Positions 11,154 through 23,380 of a stretch of 64,000 bases of DNA are shown one piece after another. The notes beneath the pieces are model-generated. The model saw only the letters and a program-made list of their open reading frames with translations, did not search any database and was not told where the DNA came from. How positions within the stretch are numbered: position 1 is the first letter of the stretch; every line of letters starts with the position of its first letter. The stretch comes from Chrysemys picta bellii (Eukaryota). The stretch spans positions 37,882,001-37,946,000 of the forward strand of contig NC_088800.1 of NCBI RefSeq assembly GCF_011386835.1. The letters run 5' to 3'. Both the position numbers and the translations under genes were made by a program.

Positions 11154-11275
11154 GGCACTCACCTAGGATGTGGGAGACCAGGTTCAAGTCCCTGTTCTAG
11201 CTAATGTAGAGCAGGGACTTGAATGTGGGTTTCCCACATCCCACGTAACTGCCCTAACCTCTAGGCTATTGGCTA
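11154..11275. repeat. Hairpin of two opposed tRNA-like SINE heads
   Basis: Arms of about 45 bp (11154-11198 and 11208-11253) around a 9-nt loop. Each arm carries a B-box-like ggttcaagtcc. Confidence 0.6.
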
Positions 11276-11709
11276 GGCTGGGGTCTCATCCTGGACCTGA
11301 GAAACCTTCCTGACGAAGGTTTCAGAAAACATTTCAGTTCTGATGAAACACCATTTTTCCAGCAGAAAAAAAGTGCAATCAAAAATGTTTTGACCAGCTC
11401 TAAGGGGGATCAGTCCACTCCTACCCACAGAACCCAAGCTGTAGGTCCCCAGAGAAGGAGCTTCTCAGCAGGGGTAGGGGGTATTGCAGAAGTGCAAAAT
11501 ACTAACAACTTTCTGTACTGCCCTGAAAGTCTGCAATCACAACAGTTCATACCTCCTGCTTCCCTTTTACCCCAAGGGCCAAATCCTCAGCATGGAAGGC
11601 AATGGCACTGTGTCAGATTGCACCTGAACATCTGGCCCTGTGTTCTCCCCAGCAGTTCATCCTCGTCCTATTGCTCGCTGTTCTCTCTCCACCATCCCCC
11701 CAATTGCTA

Positions 11710-12400
11710 GACCCGGTTGGAAATTTTCCAGCAGATGATCATTCTGATGGAAAATGCAGCTTCTGCAAAACTGAAATGTTCCTTGGGGAAAATCTTGATT
11801 TTGCCCAAAATTTTCAATTTCCCATTGGAAAAATCCAAATTAAATATTTCATTTTGAGTCAGTTGGACCTGCTTTGGAACATTTTGTTTTGTTGAACTGA
11901 CCCAGAATATTTAGTTTCAAATCAGTTCAATAAAATGTCAACCTGCATTTCCTTATCAGCACACTGTCTTATGGGAGATGGCATTTAGATCCCCGTTCTG
12001 TGGTCCGGGCTGAGCTCCTTTGAGGACTATATCACCCATAACAGATGTCAGATTTCTGTCTGACCAAGCACTGTGCATTATCTGAGTCACATGACTGGTT
12101 GCATCATGGGAGATGTAGTCCGGCCAGGCAGCTTGATCCATGGGGTTCATGAGGCTCCTGAAGTACAATTCCCATAAGACAATGTGCCAAAATGGGAAAA
12201 TACAGTTTAATGTTGAATTGACTCAAAATGAAGCCTTTAGGGGCATTTCAAGAAACAAGCATTTCAATTTCAGAAATATCAAAATGTTTCAATCTAAGCA
12301 AAATATTTCAACATTCCCGACTCAAATGTTGTTGGGATTTCCAGTCTATGAAAAATGTCAACATTTCATTTTTTGTGTCCTGATTTGGGACCAAAGCAGA
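11710..12400. mobile_element. AT-rich interspersed repeat with internal inverted arms (probable non-autonomous DNA transposon)
   Basis: A/T-run-rich flanks. Inverted gcacactgtcttatggga (about 11959) versus tcccataagacaatgtgc (about 12170). Confidence 0.45.
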
Positions 12401-12744
12401 TGTTGCAATGTCAGAATTTCACATGGGACAGAGATTCTGAATTTCACTCAGTGCTACTGATTCCTATTGTGTCAATTTCATCCCTTGCTTAACTCCATTC
12501 ACTTCAGTGCAGTTACAGCAGGGATGGGTTTAGCCCTTGCCTCATATCACTCCATGTGTTATCTATCCAACTGAGGCCTGAGCTTCCCCCCTATTGAAGT
12601 CAGTGGCAAAGCTATTTATGTCAATGGGTGCAGGATCTGGTCCTTAGATCTGGGGCATAGCTTCGTACGTCTGTAAAGGGCTCTCCACCCCAGTGGCAAT
12701 AGGCAAATAATAGATTAAAAACAATAACTTTGGGCCTGAACCTG

Positions 12745-13101
12745 GGAGGTGCCTCTTTGACATAAATAGGAGCTGTGGACATTCAGAATTTAATTAGATC
12801 AGGCTTCTCTGTCATATAAGAACGGGTCAGTCCAATGGTCCATCTACCGTAGTAGCCCGTCTTTTGACAGTGACCAGTGCCAGATGCTTCAAGAGAACAG
12901 ACAGAACAAGATAATTTATTGAGTGATCCATTTCCTGTCATCCAGTCCCAGCTTCTGGCAGACAGAGGTTTAGGGACACCCAAGACAGTCAGGGATGCAA
13001 CCCTAAGCTCTGGGACTGACCCGGTCTTATATGACAGAGAAGCCTGATCTAATTAAATTCTGAATGTCCACAGCTCCTATTTATGTCGAAGAGGCACCTC
13101 C
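12745..13101. repeat. 89-bp inverted repeat pair (12745-12833 and 13013-13101)
   Basis: Manual alignment shows 2 mismatches in 89 bp. The 179-bp spacer is CR1 3' UTR. Confidence 0.9.
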
Positions 13102-13685
13102 TTGGCCATCTTGGCTAATAGCCATTGATGGACCAATCCTCCATGAACTGATCCAATTCTTTTTTGAACTTTTGGCCTTCACAACATCCTCTGGCAATGA
13201 GGTTGACTGTGTGTTGTGTGAAGAAATACTGCCCTTTGTTTGTTTTAACCCACTGCCTATTAATTTCATTAGGTGACGCCTGGTTCATATGTTATGTGAA
13301 GAGGTAAATAACCCCTCCTTATTCACTTTCTCCACACCATTCATGATTTTATAGACCTCTATCATATCCACCATTAGTCATCTCTTTTCTAAGCTGAACA
13401 GTCCCAGTCTTTATCATCTCTCCTCAGATGGAAGCTGTTCCATACCTCTAACATTGCTGTTGCCCTTCTCTGTACCTTTTCCATTTCTAATATATCTTTT
13501 CTGAGATGGTGCAACCAGAACTGCATGTAGTATTCCAGATGTCAGTATAGCATGGCTTTATAGAGTAGCATTATGATATTTTTTGTCTTATTATCTATCC
13601 CTGTTCCAACACTCTGTTTGCTTTTTTAACTGCCACTGCATATTGAGCAGATGTTTTCAGGGGACTATCCACGATGACTCCACGA
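12816..13685 (-). mobile_element. CR1 LINE 3' portion (ORF2 C-terminus plus 3' UTR), interrupted at 13013-13101
   Basis: Reverse complement matches the + strand CR1 at 34668-35759 throughout. Confidence 0.9.
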
Positions 13686-13699
13686 GCTCTTTCCTGAGT

Positions 13700-13975
13700 G
13701 GCCAAATGTTCAAAAATTACGAGTCAGGTTTAAAAAAAAATCATGAGACTTTAAAAAAAAATTGCATTGTTTTTATTTGCCTTCTGGACTTCGAGCCCTT
13801 AGAAGTAATGTTTTCAAGCTTTTCTCTGCAACCTGGAGAACTAGAAATTTGCTTTATTTTTAAAGTGAAAGCTGAGATTTTCCCATAACCACAAGATTCC
13901 AGGAGCTGGAGCTTTAAGGCATCTAGCAGCTAACATGAGACTCATGCTAAAATTGAGAGATTTGGGAACACTGTA
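13700..13975. mobile_element. Non-autonomous DNA transposon fragment (catgagact / ccaggagctgg family)
   Basis: Shares motifs in the opposite orientation with 24320-24605 (ccagctcctggagtcatgtga...ctcatgattttt). Confidence 0.5.
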
Positions 13976-16214
13976 GTGAGCACAGTCCATCCACTGTGAA
14001 GTATTCAGTCTTTCCTCTGCTTCTAAGAGACAGCCAGCAAGGGGAACTAATTAGTGGCAACCATCATTTTGCTACTGATGTGTCTGCTAGGAAACTGGAA
14101 TGAGAATACCAATGATCCTTCCATGCAGGTGGCAGAACCCAGATTGTAACCTAAGACCAGAATGTCATTCGGTGCATTACCCTTCAGCAGCTGATCTGGA
14201 TTTGATGTTGTTGTTTAAGGTCTTGGAAGTGGGGAAGGAAATGATGCAGAGATATTTCAACATTTACATGATTTTATACATTCAAACAGCACCCAAGCTG
14301 ACCAGCAATGGGTTTGGCTTTTGTCCTTTTTTATTAGTGCCTTTTGACAGAAAAGAAATACAAAAGGGATATTTATGAGTTCTGCAATAGGTTGGTTTGG
14401 CTCTTGCACTGTGTTTAAAATACCTCAATTGTTTCCAAACATTAAGTGTCTCCAGGATATTTACAGTCTTGGACAGGCAAAGGCAGATACAGGTTAAGGT
14501 TGTTTGGCTGCTCACATCATAAATGTGGACGTACAGCAATGTTTGCTGCTAGGATGCAGAGGTATCTCCCAGGCAGACTCACTCATGCTTCCCAAATCCA
14601 AACCCAATCGAAATTTAGACAAGGCTGGGAGGAAAGATACAGAGGCACTAAATACAATCTGGAAAGGAGGCTGCAATGGACAGCTCTGTGTTATGACACA
14701 TTCTGGTGTATGAAACTGTCTGCTGCCTGCTTTCCGTCAGTTTGGTTAAAGCTTTTCCTAATCCTAAAGCCTTGTTTCTTTTTACTTACTTTTTTAAAAT
14801 GAGTCCCACCCCTCTGGTGCCAGGGGCTCTGCCTAGGGAACAGCACGTGCAGCGGGAGAGCCAGGGAGGGAAGACAGGGCTGGATGTCACAGGAGGGGAG
14901 AAGAAATGCTCAGATTTGCAGGCCAGCAATGACGGTTTCTGATGCGAGACCAGCGCTAGCAAATATTTCTCCGTCCTCGCTCCAGTAACTCTGCAGTCTC
15001 CTCCCCATCCCCGCCTCCCCTCTCTCTCTCTTCCATTCTGGCTTTACTTTGCCCTCTTCATCTCTCTTTTACTGCCTGAGCATGACTTTGCCTCATCCTC
15101 TCTCTCTGCTGGCCCCTTGTCCTCCATTTCTGCTTCCATGCTCTCTTTATCTTTGGGGCTTTTTGGTTTTGTCTGGTTTTCCTTTCTGCTTTTGCATTCC
15201 ATTCATCTCTCTCCTTCCATCTCCCTGATCCTGAAAGGCTTGTCAGTAGAAAAAACATGAGCTCCAATTCTTCTAGTTCTATTTACCAAATAAGGCCTGG
15301 AGTCAGATTTTATCTAAGAAAAAGAAAATGAATTGGATGCAAGTAGGTTGTGGGGGAGCTCCTAAGTGAAGAAAAATGAGGAAAGCAAAAGAGGTGGCAA
15401 AGGAAGAAAATACAGAGCCAGGCCTCCCCCCGCAGGAAAGGAAACTTTAGAAAACAAGGCAAAGATTTTCTTTTTATGAAGTGGGTTCAATTAGCCCTTC
15501 CTGTCTGAGCACTGTATTCAGAGGATTTGGTTCTCTGGCATGTTCAGGGCCAGAGGCACAAGAGTCAGATTCTGATCTCATCTTCTCTGGCATAAATCTT
15601 GAGCAACCCCTCACTAATTCACACTGCTGTAGCCAAAATGAAATTCTGTCCCCGGGATGCTGCAGATCTCAGTCACAGTGGTGTAAACCCAGAGCAGCTC
15701 CATCAGCTTCAAAGAGGTTACTCTGGTTTTACATCAACATCACAGAGAGCATCTAGCTGCTGATTCATTTCCCCCCAGTCCAGCCGCAGAGTGATATCTC
15801 ACCGAATCCTCAAAATTAGAGATGGGAATAAGCTATTCAGAATGCTCCCTATGCCCACGGTGCATTTCACAGAGCTGTGTGCAAGCCGGGTTTGCATGCC
15901 TAGCTGTAGCACATGCCTGGCACCCCGCCTTCCCCCTCTCCTTTCAGTCTCCTTCTCCCCTCCCCGATTTGTATGCAAACTCAATGAGTCAGAGCAATGA
16001 AGCATTAAGGCAGAATGATTGTGTCGACTTCAAAGGGAGCAACAAGCAGCTTCTAAAGCGAAACCCAGGACTTAACAGATTTGGGGATGAAGGACAGGGG
16101 TAGTGGGGAATTTCTGTATGGCAGGGGCTATAGTGTGTTTGATCTTCCCTCTCCTGGCACCAGAGACCCTGTCACTACTGTGCTGATTTCCCATTCATGC
16201 ATCTGTCTGCCTAG

Positions 16215-16430
16215 GGATTTCTCTGCCCCTGTAGTATCTGAGCCCCTCACAAACATGAATGGATTTACCTTCAACACCCCTGTAAGGTAGGTCAATCTTA
16301 TTATCCCCCATTTTATATGTGGGTAAACCGAAGCACAAAGAGATGTAATGGGTGACTTGCCCAAAGCCACGGGAAGGCAGCATCAGAACTGGGGTTAAAA
16401 TTCAGGCCTTCCTAGCCTCGGGTCACAGCT
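16215..16430 (-). mobile_element. MIR/CORE-SINE
   Basis: ttattatccccattttatatgtgggtaaaccgaagcac...gtgacttgcccaaagccac. Confidence 0.75.
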
Positions 16431-17869
16431 TTGTGCATCTTTCTCTATGTCACCATCCATCTGGATCCATATCCCACCCGCTAAGCAAGGCCAAAAGAAT
16501 GAACCACAAGTCCAGAAGCTGGAGCCACTGAGATTTTTCCCTCTTCCTCCATTGGAACCAACCCTCAGATCCCTTTGCGACACCAACCCGAGGCCACACG
16601 TAGATTTCACCTTTGAGACTGGCACTTCCTCACTACAGCCTCCTGGTCCAACCCCACCCACGGTAGAGGAGGGGCGAGAATTCAGAGCCCTGCTGCCCTT
16701 CTGTCAGCATGTCCCGAGATCTCCTCAAAGACCCAGCGATCATCCTGACACTTCAGCTCATTGGCTCAGTGTCCGATCCTGATGTGCATTCATCTCCATC
16801 AAGCATGGACCATTGTTCCTCTCCTTCAGCTGACTTTCCCAGCCCCTCTGCCCTTGGCCTGAAATGAGCCGCACTGGACTGCTGAACCTTGAACTGGGTG
16901 TGGAGCCCACATGGCTGCTGGGTTAGCCATAAAACCACATCTTGCACTCATCCAGATGTGTAAATGGAGCATGAACTCTGATCCCTCTCTTACCTCCTTG
17001 GGCCTCTCAGATTCTGTCCAGGGGAATCTATTCCAACACCAACTTACCCTCCTCAACGCACCTTCAGGCCCCACTTGGCCTTTTCCTGGGTATATTCAGA
17101 TGCCTTTTCTCCCAGTAAAATTCACTTTGTGCTCCCACTCCTCTCCCCAGAGAAAACAGCTGGGATTGCCAATGGAGACAACAGGCACTGGGCACCCAAC
17201 TTTCATTGACTTCCTGTGGAAGTGGGAACCTACCTAACTTCCTTAGGCCCCCGTGAAAATACCCCAACATCAGTAGCACATGTGCCATTTGGGGTCCCCT
17301 TATTTGGATCTAGCCAACACTGTGTTCATGAAACCCCACAGGCCTGGCTCCCCCCCGTGCCTCAGACCTCATGCCGCCATTCACACCCATGCAAAGCAAG
17401 TGTGACATGCTGCTGTTCAGGCCTGGCGGAGTCTGACAGTGACCTCTCCTGTGTGAGGTGCTGGGCATGGACGAATCTGGCTCCACACCTCACACTGCTT
17501 GAACGCTCACCTTTCTCCAGTTCCATCTCCCCAGGCCTCTTTGGCCCTCCTCTTGTAGTCACTGCTCTGAACTGGCCCCTTTCAAGCCACAAAATGATTT
17601 GTGAGTGACAGAAACAAACATTACATTTTCATAACCCTGAAGAAGGCGAGAAGAAGAGAGATGGGGGGCAGGGAAGGGAACAAGAATTCAAAGCAATTTG
17701 ATCCCTGTCCATGACCCAAATCTCACTTGCCAGTTAAGACCGAAATAATAGCCTGTGGCCAAAATGAAGCAGAGTGAGAAGTCTCTTGTTGCTGGGGTGC
17801 GACCGCAATGTTATTCCACAACAAAGAGAGGGACCAGGGTGGAGGAGATGGCCAAGAATTTATTACCAT

Positions 17870-17950
17870 ACAACCCACTTATGTGCTAGTTGCTTCATCA
17901 ACATAGAAGCGAGGCCCCTGCCCCAAGGAGCTTATAATCTGAATAGACAT
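17870..17950. mobile_element. L2-type LINE 3' fragment
   Basis: tgtgctagttgct...cccctgccccaaggagcttataatct. Similar pieces at about 10330-10395, 38600 and 56790-56870. Confidence 0.55.
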
Positions 17951-20055
17951 CAAGAGGATGCAGAGGCCAGAGAGAGGATCTGATATGCATTGGTAGGCGT
18001 AGGCTTGAAAGGGAGAACTTGGAAGCCCAGCCACAAGGTCTTGATCCTTTTGCTCCATACACAGCTCCTCACTTTGTGTCTGGATGCAGCCACTTCTTTG
18101 GAGCCGGCCATGCTCCAAGGCCGCTGGAAGGTGGCTCCGGAGCCTCCGGAGCTGTGGGGTGACAGGAGAAGGCAAATCCAGCCTTAGCTCTCACCAGTCC
18201 TCTAGTTGTCATTTTCAGTCCAGGCTTCTGTGATTTGAACTCTCTGTTGCTTTCTGTTATTTGAATGGCATTGTCTGTGTCCTGTAAATGGCTCTGGGAG
18301 GGGAGGAAGCCCTGCCTGGCCTGGGTTTGACGTGGTCAGCAGCCACCCCATGGGAACAGGTCACTGGCACAGCACTCGGCTGCACAGATTCAGGATGACA
18401 GCAGGAAATGCAAGAGGTGTCACGGCTTTCCAAGGTGAGTCTGTCAGTCCCTCTCCTCCAGCTCAGGCGGCACATGCACATCCCTTCTGCCTTTGGGGGT
18501 GGAGGACCCCGAGCTCCCTTGGCAGGCCCCATGTCTCCTTCCTGGTGCCCATGCACCAATACTGCACCCTGCCTGTGCCTGCATGTCTAGATCCCTACCC
18601 CATCCAGGCTGACTTGCTGTCCGGTCACTGCTGGTGAGCAAAGGGCATTGGGGCAAACCAATGGAGCTGGAATTCATAGGAATTCCTGCCCTACACAGTG
18701 TCATTAACTGAACATCTCTCAGGAGAAGGCAAAGGGGCTCCCCACCCCAAATGGTTAAACTCATCAGCCCAGGGCCAATTTTGGCTGAACATATTTGACC
18801 CCATCTTACTGGGGAACTGCAGATCCACCTGGCCTTTCCTCAGCAGAAGCTGCTGTGACACCAAGGAAGCCTGCCACTGTTCAGCTCTTCACTTACCAGC
18901 AGGTGTCACTATGGCCCTGGGTGGGGGGAACCTGGGGCTCACAGGTTTGCCCATGCCAGGAGGTATCACTGTACTTAGAGGAAGGAGCTTCCCTCGCCTA
19001 CCTCTGCCCCTGTCATTAAGACATCCCGGTGCTGCTGCCTGGGATCCCATCCACAATCGATAGCTGGTGCACCACAGAGAGAAGAGGACAAGCAGAGCAG
19101 GAGGAGGGACACAGAGTCCCAGCTCAGGATGCAGGAATTATCTCCTCTCCTCATGCATATGAATAGCAGCCATTGTTCCGCTGTCTGTATCCTGCACATC
19201 CCAGCTCAGCGCAGCAGGCCCCCTGTTCTCCACGACAAGCCGGCTTTTGTCCGAGGGACAAATGAGGAGGAATATTTTCGTACTGGCAACCTGTTTATCT
19301 GCAAGCAGACACACCTCACTTATCATGCCCAGGTAGCAGGGGATTTGGAGATGACGACAGGCCCATCCCCGCCACAAACCTCATTTTGAGTTCTAGCCTC
19401 GCATTCAGCCTCTCTCCTCCCCTCTGTCCTAAGGGCCAGACTTTCTGCCCCCCGCCCCCTCATTTTCTGCCTCCAAAATGGACGCCCTGGGAAGGCCGGG
19501 CTGAAAGTTTGCCCCTAATTGGGATGGGAAAGGAAGTACCATTGCAGGGGACAGAGGTTCTGGAGATGTTCTGGGCTGTTTTACTGTTGGACCTCAAAAT
19601 CTCCCCCAAAGCACTGGGGGGCCATGCAAATGGGGAAGCCGGGAATGGGTTGCAGTGACCGTTAGGATGGGGCTGAGGTTTGTTTGATTGGGAGTTTTCT
19701 GTGAATAGGGTTTAGCCTGACGGGTCTGACCTCTATTAGGACTGAGTCAATTGATACAGTGACCATTTACCATGCTCCTAATCCAGGGTTTGGGACTAGG
19801 GAGAGGTGACGCTAATCGTGTGATTTGGTTTCAGTCAAAACAGCTGAGCCCCGAGGCAGTTTTACCCCTCTGGGTTGGGGAGACTTTTCAAATGCAAGTG
19901 ACTAAACAGGAAATCTACATTGTATACGTGGCCATTGAAATCAGCACTTTTTAGGTACACCCAAAGGGCATCCACACACCTAAGGCCTGGACTTCAGTGA
20001 GCTTTTGATCAGGCCCCTAATGCCAAATTAGTCCCTCCAGTTGGGTGAGCTGGAT

Positions 20056-20954
20056 TAGGGTTACCATAGTTAACAAATAAAAAAAGAGGACCCCCTGGCC
20101 CCGCCCATTTCCCACCCCCAGCCCCGCTCCAACTCCGCCACTTCCCCGCCCCAACCCCGCCCCAACCCCGCCCTAACTCCGCCCCCTCCTCCCTCCCATT
20201 CCCAGCCACGCGAAAAGGGCTGCCCGAGCGCTACCGGCTTCACGGTTTGCCGGGCAGCCCCCAGACCCTGCGCCCCCGGCAGCGCTTCCCCAGAGCAGCT
20301 GGAGCCCGGGAGGGGAAGCGCCCAGCTGGGGGCGCAGGGTCTGGAGGCTGCCCGGCAAACCGTGAAGCCGGTAGCACTTGGGCTTCGGGCAGCCCCTATG
20401 CCTCCGGACCCTGCGCCCCCGGCCGGGCACTTCCCCTCCCGGGCTCCGGCGGCGCAGGGTCCGGAGGCATGGGGGCTGCCCAAAACCCGTAGCGCTCGGC
20501 TCTTAAATAGAGCCGAAGAGTCAGGGGAGGAATTGCCAAAAAGCTGAACGTGTCTGGGAAAATGCCGGCCGGGCACTTCCCCTCCGGCCGCGGCGGCTCT
20601 GCTCCTCCCCTGACTCTTCGGCTCTGTTTAAGAGCCGAGCTGCCCAAGCGCTACCGGCTTTGGGCAGCCCCCATGCCTCCGGACCCTGCGCCGCCGGAGC
20701 CCGGGAGGGGAAGTGCCCGGCCGGCGGTTGGGGTCTGGAGGCATGGGGGCTGCCTGAAGCCTATAGCGCTCGGGCAGCTCGGCTCTTAAACAGAGCCGAA
20801 GAGTCAGGGGAGGAGCAGAGCCGCCGCGGGAGGGGAAGTGCCCGGCCGGCATTTTCCCAGACATGTTCAGCTTTTTGGCAATTCCTCCCGGACGGGGGTT
20901 TGAGTGCCGAAAAGCCGGACATGTCCGGGAAAAACCGGACGTATGGTAACCCTA
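20056..20954. mobile_element. Young non-autonomous hAT transposon, GC/CpG-rich, with internal fold-back
   Basis: Perfect 13-bp TIRs TAGGGTTACCATA / TATGGTAACCCTA. Perfect 8-bp TSD AGCTGGAT (20048-55 and 20955-62). Confidence 0.92.
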
Positions 20955-23039
20955 AGCTGGATGCCATGTTTAGACACCCATGTTTGGAAATGGGCTTCCC
21001 TGTGGGCTAAGGGATGGACAGTGATCCAAGGGAAATCGATGAAAAGCTTGGTGGGCCTGGGCTCCGTTGAGCATTCACTGGCAGAACAAACCAGAAGCAG
21101 CCCAAAATAAACCTTCTCCCCTCCAAGGGAGGATGGTCTCTGGGAAGCAGGACTGAGGACCCTCCGCAACAGCAGCCTGCAGGACATGCCCCAGAGAACG
21201 AACAAGAAGAGACTAACTGAAGATCAATCTGCGATCAGTAGGGCAGAAGCCTCATTATCTCATTACCAGCAATGTGTTTGATGTTCCTGTAGCTGCAACA
21301 CCACCGGCATCGAGTGTCATCTCCTCGAAGCTAGCTGCAGAAGCTGCACCCTTAACAACTACACGTGGGTTGCCTTTGTGATTCTCCTAATCAGCAGCGC
21401 GGAAATTGTGTGAAATATACAAGACTGTCACACAAGGTTAGGGAAGGAGTCAAGTGGCTAATTAGTTGGTTTATAGCTTCTTTTCTTTAAAAGGGAAACG
21501 GTCTTTTTTCCCCACAGAACATATTGTAATTAAATAGAGGAGACTATCTGCAATAATAGAATTAGAACTGGGTGGGAGAAGGAAAATAACCATTTAGCGC
21601 ACTCTCTCCCCTGCTAGGGCACTGCTAGAAAGCCCCTGATGAGAAGGGTTAGGTATTAGGGGAAATAAACTCACACACCACAGACAGTGACAATATCAGG
21701 GAGCTAAGGGGCATGTTTACCCCCCAGGATAACCTGAAACAATCCCTCAGTTGTAAGTGAGTGTTTTCTGGCTGGGAGAAGGGGGAGAGGCTTAAACGAG
21801 GGTGTAAAAGGATTGGGGCTTAGCTGATAGCGCCCTCCTCTTACTGGACCAGGTTTTGCTCTCGCTGAGTCCCTGGGGGAGCTCTGCCGGAGCTGGCCCA
21901 AGGGATCCAGCAGGGAAGCCATTTGCAGCAGGGCTAGTTGTTTTATTTTGAGCCTTCTGAACAAATAAATCAAAAGCCTCCCAGACTCTTCCCTCAAACT
22001 GTGCGCAGGCCAAGTAGCCTCTTCCCCAAGTCTGTCCCTCACACCCGAACTTCCTGGCTCTTACCTCAGAGCGTCAGCAATAGAGGACTCCGCACAGTCT
22101 CCTCTCCATCCAATTGGTTTCTGGGGCAATTCCTCTCTGCAGTAGCTGAGGTAGCAGTCGGTTGGGAGCACAGCCCGTCCCCTCAGCTTTCTGGAGGGTG
22201 TTTCAGTCGTCCCCCTGTCCCATTTTCTGCTGCCCTCTTTTATGTGGCTCAGCTAATTAAGTTCCAGCTCTTTTCTCCAGTGAAGCAGATGGGGCTAATC
22301 AGCCAGCAGCCAGCTGCACACCCCTGACCCCACAGGAATGGTATCCCTTTCCCTTCCACCTTCACAGCTGGGTTCTCAGGGAACCTCGGGTAGGACTCGC
22401 CCTCTTTGATTTCAGTCTGGATAGGTTGTTTATGAGTGGTTGGAATCTTGTAAGAGTTGTGCCAAGTAGAGTTTTTGTTTTGCAAAATCTCCTCAGCAGG
22501 ATTCCTTTTCTACCAATCAAATCGACCCGTTTGTATTATCTGAGCACCTCAGACTCAGCCCAGGGCAGTTTCTGATCCCAGCCCCATGGGATCCGAATGC
22601 CGAATGCCTGATGTTCGGCAGGGATGAGAGAAGTGTTTGGCTGTCAGATTTTGCTCCATCTCTAAAACAAGGACCCAAGTTGCTTTTTTATTTTGGAAAC
22701 CAAGCCCAACCAGGGCTGGCTCAGGGCCAGGTCCTATTTTATCCAACCCAAAGCTTGCTTGGGTGGGGGTGAACCATTCTGCCTTTGACCCTCTCTGAGC
22801 CCAACGCACATAGCTATGGATGGGAGGTGCTATTGGAATTCATGGGCCATTATACACAGGGGTATGTATTTTCATTTGGAGTCTTATGTCCACAAGTGTA
22901 TTGGTGGGGCTTAAGGTCCCACAAATGCACAGCTAGACAGGGAGTGCTGCAGGACTTAACCTTAGACTGTTGCAGGCACGTCCCCATCCTTCACACCCTC
23001 AATGAGAGATGGGCCACAGCATCCAGGATGGGAAGGAAC

Positions 23040-23380
23040 CAAGCTGACAATCCTGGAGACTTCTCTTTATCCCACAGCAAAGACAGTGCAGTGCGACCTT
23101 CCCCCACGTCACCAACCAACATGCTTCATCCTTCACCTGGAAAGACCAGGTCTTTTAGTTCATTTAGACCCCTTATTTTAACTGAGGCTCCAAGCAAAGA
23201 AACTCAGCAGTCCCCGTTGTGATGGAGGTTTTGTAATGAGGATATTTGTCCAGGAGGATGCAGCCTGAGACCCACAAACTCATTCCGCGTTAAGCACCAA
23301 AAAGCAAGCTGATGGGAAGGATGCCACTGATCTGGGCTCAATTCAACATTTCAAGTCACTAGTGCTGAAAACCATCTGGC
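23040..23380 (-). mobile_element. LF-SINE-like ancient SINE
   Basis: Colinear blocks match the antisense LF-SINE consensus as I recall it: gacaatcctggagact...tttatcccacag; cttccccac...cacctgga; ttttgtaatgaggatatttgtcca...ctgagaccc acaaactcatt; cactgatctgggct. Confidence 0.6.

Noticed and set aside
20009-21010. Many overlapping Pro/Gly/Ala-rich ORFs
   Set aside because: Artefact of the GC-rich repeat units inside the hAT element.
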